Positions 56,986 to 64,000 of a DNA stretch of 64,000 nucleotides are shown here, in pieces. The translations under genes and the position numbers were made by a program. Each line of letters starts with the position of its first letter. The first letter of the stretch is position 1. The stretch is from the NCBI GenBank assembly GCA_000004985.1, contig GG738921.1; one strand, 5' to 3'. The notes under the pieces were generated by a model, which had not been told where the DNA came from, made no database searches, and saw only the letters and a program-made list of their open reading frames with translations. Source of the stretch: Naegleria gruberi (Eukaryota).

Positions 56986-59469
56986 TTAATTACTAGTTGA
57001 TCCTTCAGTTAATTCTTTGGCCACTGACTTGACAAGTTTGTAATAAATCAATAAGGCAATAAACAAGATGGCAACTGATACAATAATTACTGATGATGGC
57101 TTGTATCCTGTCAAATTTCTTCTTTGGAACCAATATTTGGTTATTTCCTTATATTGAACATTGGTTTTGATAGCTTCTCCTTCGTTCATTAGGAATCTCT
57201 TGAATGTAAACTTGATTTGACCCTTATTGACAGGGGTGGAATTATAGGTCTGATAATTATTAAAGGACGTATCACATTCGTCAATCCATTCATTTTGAAC
57301 ATCAATAATTTCTCTAACTTTGTGTTGTTGTGTGGCAGAATAGTTTGACTTTTTCTTGGCAAATCTTTTAAGTCCGACAATACTATCAGAGAGGGTATTC
57401 TTTAAAATTCCTGTTTTGCTTTCGTCGATATTTCCTTCAAATTCTGCATACTTGTAATCATCAGGCAAAAGTAAATCAAATTGAAGTTCAGTAATTGGTG
57501 CATCAATTTGAGCAAGTGATACTGAGAGTGTTCCTGAGGAGGCAAGTTTTGTGGATGGTACAGTAAAAGTGAGGTCAATATTCATTGGAGTGGAACCTTC
57601 CTTCTTGGAGAGTGGAATGAGGATGGTCTTTTCATTATCTTTAACTTCTTGACCTGGTTTAATGGTTGCTCCATCACACAAAGTAGACCATACTTCAGAG
57701 CCGTTCAATTCTTCTGGCAATTTGATTCTCAAATATTGTTTGAAAGTATTGTAGCAGTTAAGATTAATCTTGTGGAGGAGCTTATCTCCAGAATGAGTAA
57801 TGGTATAGGTACATTGAGAAATATTTGTGGATAAAACAGACACGTCAGCATGTCTGATGACATCTAATTGCAATTCGTGTTGACTTTCTAAAAATCTATA
57901 ACCCATCAAGATTGGGAATCCACTTTGCTTATGTACATGTGGTAATTCTCCAATGTCTATCTTTCTCAAGAATCTTCTTGACTTTTCTACAATTTCTACA
58001 ACTGTCTTGGCAATAATGGCCATAGTACCAGTTTCTCTTGAAACGTTATGAGTGGAAAGAGAAGGAACTCTTACTAATGCACTAGTACCTCCCATATCAG
58101 CTTCACTCACGACTTCCAAATGGTAGGATCTTTCAATTTCTCTTGTAAAGGTAACAACTAACTTCTTTTTACAGTTTGTAAGAGAGTTGGCTTCTTCTAA
58201 TTGGTCATCCTTGACTTCTTCACTAACCATGTTCCATTCCTTAATATAGCTACCAGAAACAGAGATAATTCTGAATGGCAAATTGTATGGATTGATAGAA
58301 ATTTCCAATGAGGTAATGATTCCATTAACAATAGAGTAATCGAATCTACTCTTTGTATTGATAACACCTTCACCAATCAAACAACTGGAGTCTTGGGTAG
58401 AACTGACAGAAACTGGAAGAACAACCTTTTGTTCCTTTTCTTTTTCTTCCTCTGGCTCCTTTTGGAAGATGAGATCAATGGCTTTTTGTTGAATTTCAGG
58501 AGTCCACAAAATACTGAGATATTGTGTGGATGGAAGTTGAGTGGCAACCTTGGTAACAACTCTATCTTCAATTGTTGTATTGGATTGGTCCAAATAGAGA
58601 GATGGAGTAACTTTCACTTGACACTTTTCATTTTCAATAATGAATTCCAATGTACTGGTGACAGCATTTGGAATAGAAAGTGTGACTTGTCTTGGGGAAG
58701 TTTCATTCTTCAAACATTCAAGGTTAGTATAATTAACATCAACTTTCAATCTAACTTCATAGAGACCAGATGAATCTGTCAACATTATAATTTTACCTTG
58801 ATCAATTGAAACATGGCAATTTACATAATCATTTTCTTCCTTTTCACCCATATACTTTACATTAACTGTCTTGATCACAATACGTTGTTCTACATTACTC
58901 AATAATACACATTGAGTCCATAACTTCTTTGCTAGTAAGAGATTATTTCTTTGAAGAATGGCTTTTTGCTTTTTTGATACATTTTCTAACATATCTACCA
59001 TATACACAATTTCAAATGCACAACTATTTACACGTTCTTCTTCCTTTCCAATAGATTCTGCCAAACTCAAATTTTCCTTCTTGACATAATTTTGCTTTCC
59101 CTTTATATCCATAGATCTGATAATGTATGGTTGATCAGCAGCACTAATCACAGAATCATCGAAATGTTCTTCCAAAAACTTTTGTTGTTGTTGGAATTGT
59201 TGTAAAATCTCCAAATACTTATCAAGTGGAAGGGAAACACTTGGTAAACTGGTAGAAACACCTGATGCTCCACCAACACCTCCAGCTGGAGAATTATTCC
59301 ATTGTTGTGGTTGTTGTGGTGGTGTTATTGATGATTGAGGTGTTGGTTTGCACTCTTTCTTTTGTACTGCCAAAAAGTCGTCACAACCATTTTGTTGATA
59401 GGCAGGTTGTGAGGAGTGAGACCAAACATTAGCCTTTCTATCCTTCATCATTTTAACTTTGTTGAACAT
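56986..59469 (-). CDS. Large (827 aa) C-terminally membrane-anchored protein of unknown family.
   Basis: A single long ORF has a Q/P/G-rich N-terminus and a C-terminal TM segment IIVSVAILFIALLIYY followed by a short tail. Confidence 0.4.
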   Translation of the reverse strand: MFNKVKMMKDRKANVWSHSSQPAYQQNGCDDFLAVQKKECKPTPQSSITPPQQPQQWNNSPAGGVGGASGVSTSLPSVSLPLDKYLEILQQFQQQQKFLEEHFDDSVISAADQPYIIRSMDIKGKQNYVKKENLSLAESIGKEEERVNSCAFEIVYMVDMLENVSKKQKAILQRNNLLLAKKLWTQCVLLSNVEQRIVIKTVNVKYMGEKEENDYVNCHVSIDQGKIIMLTDSSGLYEVRLKVDVNYTNLECLKNETSPRQVTLSIPNAVTSTLEFIIENEKCQVKVTPSLYLDQSNTTIEDRVVTKVATQLPSTQYLSILWTPEIQQKAIDLIFQKEPEEEKEKEQKVVLPVSVSSTQDSSCLIGEGVINTKSRFDYSIVNGIITSLEISINPYNLPFRIISVSGSYIKEWNMVSEEVKDDQLEEANSLTNCKKKLVVTFTREIERSYHLEVVSEADMGGTSALVRVPSLSTHNVSRETGTMAIIAKTVVEIVEKSRRFLRKIDIGELPHVHKQSGFPILMGYRFLESQHELQLDVIRHADVSVLSTNISQCTYTITHSGDKLLHKINLNCYNTFKQYLRIKLPEELNGSEVWSTLCDGATIKPGQEVKDNEKTILIPLSKKEGSTPMNIDLTFTVPSTKLASSGTLSVSLAQIDAPITELQFDLLLPDDYKYAEFEGNIDESKTGILKNTLSDSIVGLKRFAKKKSNYSATQQHKVREIIDVQNEWIDECDTSFNNYQTYNSTPVNKGQIKFTFKRFLMNEGEAIKTNVQYKEITKYWFQRRNLTGYKPSSVIIVSVAILFIALLIYYKLVKSVAKELTEGSTSN

Positions 59470-59832
59470 TTTGATCAGGTTTTTATAATAATGTTATCTG
59501 TACAATTTTGTTGTTGTTTAGATCAGCAGCCTATCAAGAGAAACCTCCGAAAATATGTGTGTGGTAATAATTTGGAAGATGATCAAATGATATCTTTTTT
59601 TTTTAATTTTCTCTTTGGATGAACTCACCTGGTAAGAGTTCACTCTTCAAAATTGTGTTGACCCAAGGTTCACCACCTGTTAATAATTATTAAATACTTT
59701 ACAAAAAAAATAAAATATTTAATTTAATAATAATAACAATCAATATCAGAATGAATTTTTTTGCATATTATGATTTGACTTCATGCTGGGAATGTACATT
59801 AGATAATTGTGTTCATCTCCTTCAATTAAAAA

Positions 59833-62800
59833 ATGCTCAATGATGACGATGAGGGTAGCACAACCAACAACAGCCTGACCATTTCCTCCTCAGCAAATAA
59901 TAATAGTAACAACAACAACAATAGAAGGAGAGTAGTATTTGTTGTCGATGCAGAGCAACAAAAAGAACACCATACAAATGCTACTACTAATGTAAATAAT
60001 AGTGTGTTGGAAGAGGCTGAACAACAACATAACGATAGACATGTTCATTTTGGGGAATTAGTAACGAGTCATTATCATCATCATATGGACGAACAAACAC
60101 AACAGAAGCCTTCTTCAGAAATGATTGCCGAGGGAGTTAAAAGTTTATCGGTGAGGAAGATTGCAAAGGATAATCTTGTCAAATATAACAAGGTTTATGT
60201 ATCGGATAGGTTGTATTTAAAGTTGAGAAAACAAGCATATAATGAAAGATATTCAGTGGAATCAGTTCGTTTTCCTATTAGTGCTATTGAGGAGAATGTT
60301 ATTTATTTACTTTTGGGAAATGGTGATAATTTGGGAGTGTATCAGTGTTCATTGGAGAATTCCGAATCAAAACCAACAAATTTGAGTGGAAAGAAACAAA
60401 GCTTTTTGAAAAACAACACATCCACTATTGCTTTAAATTATTTTCAACGAGAATCTATGAGTGTACAGGAAAATAGTAATGTAAATATTGTATCATCCTA
60501 TTTGGAGTGTATAGTTGAAGAAAAGTTATTCTCTGACTTTTCTTCTTTCATATTTGGAAATGGTACTAAAGTTACAGTTTTGGAGAGAATATCATTTTCA
60601 ATAACCTCTAATACTTTGTCATCATTATTGCAACAGCGTAATAATGAAAAAGTCAAATTAACAGAAGAATCTTTGAAGGAACAATTTTCACAATTTGTAC
60701 AAAAGTATTTAATTGGCAATGTATTTAAAAAGGATCAACGAGTTGGTATGGAGTATTTGACAAAGAATGGAAATTCTAAAAAGAAGAAGGAAATGATTGA
60801 GTTTATTGTCTCAAATCTAACTTTTTCCAAAAATGATATTTCATTATTTGGGATTATTACTTCAAACACTTCGATAGATATAGAGTTACGACCAACTACC
60901 GTCTCTAAGAATTTTTTGAATAAGGAACGAATTTTTCAAACACAACCAATTATGCAACTATCATGCCAACCTTTACTTTTTACTAACTTGACTAAATATG
61001 ACTGTGTATTCTGCAGTTGTGAACTAATTGAATCTGATAAGATAATGACAAAAGATGGACCATTGCTTCTTTATGCTAGAATAATACCGAGTAACATAAT
61101 TTATAGAGTCATGTTAATGAAAGGAATGGAACCAGGTACTATTCTAATGGGTAAACACCAACGTCAGAACCTTGCCACTAATGTGAATGAGAGTTTGCAA
61201 GTGAAATTTTTCTTTATGGATCCTTCGAGATGTCTTGAGGTTTCAAATGATGAAATGACAAAGAGAGTCAAGGAAAGTAATCCATTCAATTCACTTCAAG
61301 AACCAACTTCATACAATGATAGGCATTTCAGATCTCTTCAGACAATAGTCTTCAAATTGGATGAAACAAATGGAAATAGTATTTCATTCAGTAGTTTGAT
61401 TTCGTATATTTATTACTTTTTCCAATATCACTACTTTGAAATTGGGCAAGAACTTGCCTTCTCGTTAGAATACTCTATCATTAGGATGAAAGTAATATCA
61501 ATCAATGGCGTTGGAGTGCTTAGTATGAACAAGCCAATAGGAGGTTTGCTGGGAAAGAATACTCTTTGTTATTTTGAAAAATCAAGAGCCTTTGAATACA
61601 AGGCAGTTCCATCGCTTGATTTACTAGAGTTGCAACAGAGTGTTCACATAATGAAAGGATCTCTAATATCAGAAAGTGATGGAAACAGTTATTTTGTAAA
61701 TACTCTATGCCCTGAAAAGAGACAACCTCAATGCTTTGAAATTGAAAGATACGAGAAGGCTCCTTCAACAATTAACATAATCCATCATGATCAATATCCT
61801 TCCAAGGATGTTTTTAAGAGAGTTTCCAAGTTTAACAAGTCCTTACAATTTACAAAAATAATTAGATGCACGAATCATAACTCTGATTCAGAAATTAGAC
61901 ATATTGTATTCAATTTGGATTTAAACTCTGTTGAACTATTTGATTCTTATGGAGATAAGGTTGAAACTGTAGAGGAAGCAACAATTAATGAATCAATCAA
62001 TTTCCAAACCTCGGAATTTGCTAAAATTCCAGAATGGCTAAAACTATTCAATACTGGAAGGTTGAAGGCTTGTAAATTTGAAGAGCTAGCAACTCATTCT
62101 GCCACTACTTTTTACATGGACGATTTTGTAATTTTACAGGGAGGATGTGATACACAAGTCAATGAAATACAGCCACAAACAACCTTACTCATCTACTCTA
62201 TCAAGGATAGAAAATTAATCAAGCTGGACGATTCTCAGAACAAAATGTCACTTCAGCATCCTCTTAGTATTTATCACCACTCTGCTAATATTTATGAGAA
62301 CGATAAGCTGCTTCTCTATGGAGGTTTGAATTATGACTCTCAACAGAAAAAGTTTTCATCCTTGAATAATTTGATTCAACTCAATCTGAAAACTTTCGAA
62401 TGGGAATATATTGAAACAAAGAATGAAGGGCCATCTCTCTATTATCATACCTCAACACAAGCTCATGATTCTCTATTTATTTGTGGTGGATGTCACAGTA
62501 GTACTAGAATTACAGAGTATCCTTATTTGTGGGAACTCAATTTATACACATTATTTTGGAGAAAAATCAAAACAGAAGAACCAAAAGAAGATGTCAATAT
62601 TGGATGTTACTGTCTTTCACTACTCAAATTTTGTCCAATATTCTCCCAAATCATCTTCCTCCAAATGCACAGAGAACCAAAGGATGAACACTATGATACC
62701 AACTATTACAAATTATCCAAGTTACAAAAAGGATCCAGACATTTAAAGGTCAGAAAGATTACATTAAGACTGGAAAAGTCACCCCTCAAAGCATATTCCA

Positions 62801-62883
62801 AATGGCTTGCCGTCTTTGAGAGTACTTTCATGCTACCATCAGAGAGATGCACCTATCAGGATGTTCTTTTCCTTCACGAATGA
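59833..62883 (+). CDS. Kelch-repeat (beta-propeller) protein, 1016 aa. The N-terminal 700 aa have unknown function.
   Basis: C-terminal repeats include HSATTFYMDDFVILQGGCD, HSANIYENDKLLLYGGLNY, HTSTQAHDSLFICGGCH and WELNLYTLFW, which are Kelch blade signatures. Confidence 0.5.
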   Translation: MLNDDDEGSTTNNSLTISSSANNNSNNNNNRRRVVFVVDAEQQKEHHTNATTNVNNSVLEEAEQQHNDRHVHFGELVTSHYHHHMDEQTQQKPSSEMIAEGVKSLSVRKIAKDNLVKYNKVYVSDRLYLKLRKQAYNERYSVESVRFPISAIEENVIYLLLGNGDNLGVYQCSLENSESKPTNLSGKKQSFLKNNTSTIALNYFQRESMSVQENSNVNIVSSYLECIVEEKLFSDFSSFIFGNGTKVTVLERISFSITSNTLSSLLQQRNNEKVKLTEESLKEQFSQFVQKYLIGNVFKKDQRVGMEYLTKNGNSKKKKEMIEFIVSNLTFSKNDISLFGIITSNTSIDIELRPTTVSKNFLNKERIFQTQPIMQLSCQPLLFTNLTKYDCVFCSCELIESDKIMTKDGPLLLYARIIPSNIIYRVMLMKGMEPGTILMGKHQRQNLATNVNESLQVKFFFMDPSRCLEVSNDEMTKRVKESNPFNSLQEPTSYNDRHFRSLQTIVFKLDETNGNSISFSSLISYIYYFFQYHYFEIGQELAFSLEYSIIRMKVISINGVGVLSMNKPIGGLLGKNTLCYFEKSRAFEYKAVPSLDLLELQQSVHIMKGSLISESDGNSYFVNTLCPEKRQPQCFEIERYEKAPSTINIIHHDQYPSKDVFKRVSKFNKSLQFTKIIRCTNHNSDSEIRHIVFNLDLNSVELFDSYGDKVETVEEATINESINFQTSEFAKIPEWLKLFNTGRLKACKFEELATHSATTFYMDDFVILQGGCDTQVNEIQPQTTLLIYSIKDRKLIKLDDSQNKMSLQHPLSIYHHSANIYENDKLLLYGGLNYDSQQKKFSSLNNLIQLNLKTFEWEYIETKNEGPSLYYHTSTQAHDSLFICGGCHSSTRITEYPYLWELNLYTLFWRKIKTEEPKEDVNIGCYCLSLLKFCPIFSQIIFLQMHREPKDEHYDTNYYKLSKLQKGSRHLKVRKITLRLEKSPLKAYSKWLAVFESTFMLPSERCTYQDVLFLHE

Positions 62884-62989
62884 ATGAAACAATTAAAAAG
62901 AAACTGAAAAGTAAATCTTCCTTCAACTCTCAATTCCTGAACGATTTTTCGGCCGTTATTTAAAAACATTTTAAAAATTTAAAAAAAAT

Positions 62990-64000
62990 GGAGCCACACA
63001 TCATTGAGGAGAGGGAAGTTCCTAAAGCCTATTTACTTAAATCAGCCTCGGTGCCGAAGCCTATGGGATTTCTGGATAGGTTTGAAGTGAGAAGTGTAGC
63101 TAGGGATTTTTCACTGTTGGAAAATTTACGAGATGAGGATAAAGTTTGTAGTGGTAGGTAATCTTGGATAATTATGTGATGGAAATAATATGTGGATGAA
63201 TAATAACAAAATAGATGATTCGGAAATGGTTGGAATAGAATGCCAGGATGACATGATGTTGTACTTTACAGGATTTCTAGTACTCCCATCAAATGCTAAT
63301 AAATTTCATGAGAATCCATCAAACACTAGTATATTGGATAGAGATGAAAATAGAATTTATTACTTGATGTGTTCACCGAGTAGAATGTGGTCGTTTGATT
63401 ATTCGGAAGATTTACGAGGAGTGTGGTTTGAAAATGATAATGGATGGTACAAGTTATTAAATCCAAGCAAAAAGTATGCTCCGATCTATGCCCCATTCAA
63501 AGCAGTAAGTGTTGTTCTGGTTAATACTTTATTAATTGTGATAATCTTTTGCTGAAATATATTGGAAATTTAATTATTAGAAATGTGATTTGTGGTTGTC
63601 ACTTCATGAAGTTTTACAGTCTAACTTTTCGTCCACAATCAGTCAAGTAGTAGGGATGTTAGATGAGGATAAATATACAGAAAAAAACATTCTAGATAAT
63701 GCTCAATTTATTCTCACCAATTGTTCAAATACTCAGGATGAATCAGGCAAGAAATTTTCTTCGTCTGTTTTTGCTGTGGAGCTGAGGAAAAAAATTGCTG
63801 AAATCGCATCAAATGAGAAGAAACATCCTAAAGTTAAATCTGAACCTATTAGTAGTACTACTGTAAAAAAGAGGGAACGTGTGGAAGTTGAAGTCCCAAC
63901 CAAAAAATCAAAAATCAAAAAAGCTTCAAAAAAAACCTCTCTCATCAATCCAATTTTAATAGACTCATTCAATACGGCAAAACAAAAATGGAAAAAAGAA
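62990..64000 (+). CDS. Partial multi-exon gene running off the window end. Exons lie at about 62990-63160, 63190-63519 and 63597 onward.
   Basis: It starts MEPHIIEEREVPKAYLLKSASVPKPMGF, has a gtaagt donor at 63520 and acceptor attattag|AAATGTGATTTG, then a long lysine-rich open frame to 64000. Confidence 0.35.

Noticed and set aside
59600-59660. Sequence ACTCACCTGGTAAGAG, which resembles the U1 snRNA 5' end (ACUUACCUGGCAG)
   Set aside because: Downstream sequence has no U1 stem-loop I/70K loop or Sm site. The resemblance arises because the stretch is itself a 5' splice-donor-like string (CACCTG|gtaaga). It is possibly a 5'-UTR intron of a flanking gene in the divergent promoter 59470-59832.
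63733-63972. Minus-strand 79-aa ORF opposite the lysine-rich tail of the last partial gene
   Set aside because: It is antisense to an A-rich coding stretch. This is a typical mirror ORF in AT-rich DNA.
1-64000. Search for prokaryotic-style systems (operons, CRISPR arrays, defence islands, IS elements)
   Set aside because: The window is unambiguously eukaryotic: it has spliceosomal introns, a nuclear tRNA without encoded CCA, eukaryote-specific genes such as coatomer, eIF3b, Vps53 and myosin I. No direct-repeat/spacer arrays or bacterial gene signatures were seen.

Overview
This is a gene-dense eukaryotic nuclear segment, not prokaryotic. It has AT-rich intergenic DNA, short spliceosomal introns (mostly 40-190 nt, GTAAGT/GTATGT...AG), homopolymeric Q/N/H/S tracts and a codon usage typical of a dictyostelid social amoeba. 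There are three runs of N: assembly gaps at 716-755, 10926-10975 and 46327-47520. About 30 protein-coding genes sit on both strands. The recognisable genes are a long-tailed myosin I, two tandem C2-domain paralogs, coatomer gamma, eIF3b, a USP39/Sad1-like snRNP protein, a UIM-bearing USP, Vps53, an ABCB half-transporter, a PARP-like ADP-ribosyltransferase, F-box/LRR/MATH protein(s) and a Kelch protein. Three protein kinases are present. Two are receptor-like with beta-helix (GGAI/FxxN repeat) ectodomains and one carries DUF4116 repeats. There is one tRNA-Glu(UUC). The ORF track translates some GTG/TTG codons as start M, so several true ATG starts differ from the listed ORF ends. All exon coordinates below were worked out by hand and may be off by 1-3 nt. 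The parts that look novel are listed as findings. A receptor kinase seems to need two tandem 5-6-nt micro-exons to keep its YIAPE motif in frame, and one C2 paralog shows the same serial-intron pattern. A signal-peptide plus histone-H1-tail-like lysine repeat protein is encoded antisense to a misleading hydrophobic ORF. A small AT-hook protein family has conserved termini. A ~770-bp MITE-like element has ~150-bp terminal inverted repeats. A small protein combines a KEN/HEPN-like RNxxxH motif with a TAP-C (NXF-type UBA-like) tail and lies 70 nt downstream of the kinase-DUF4116 gene.
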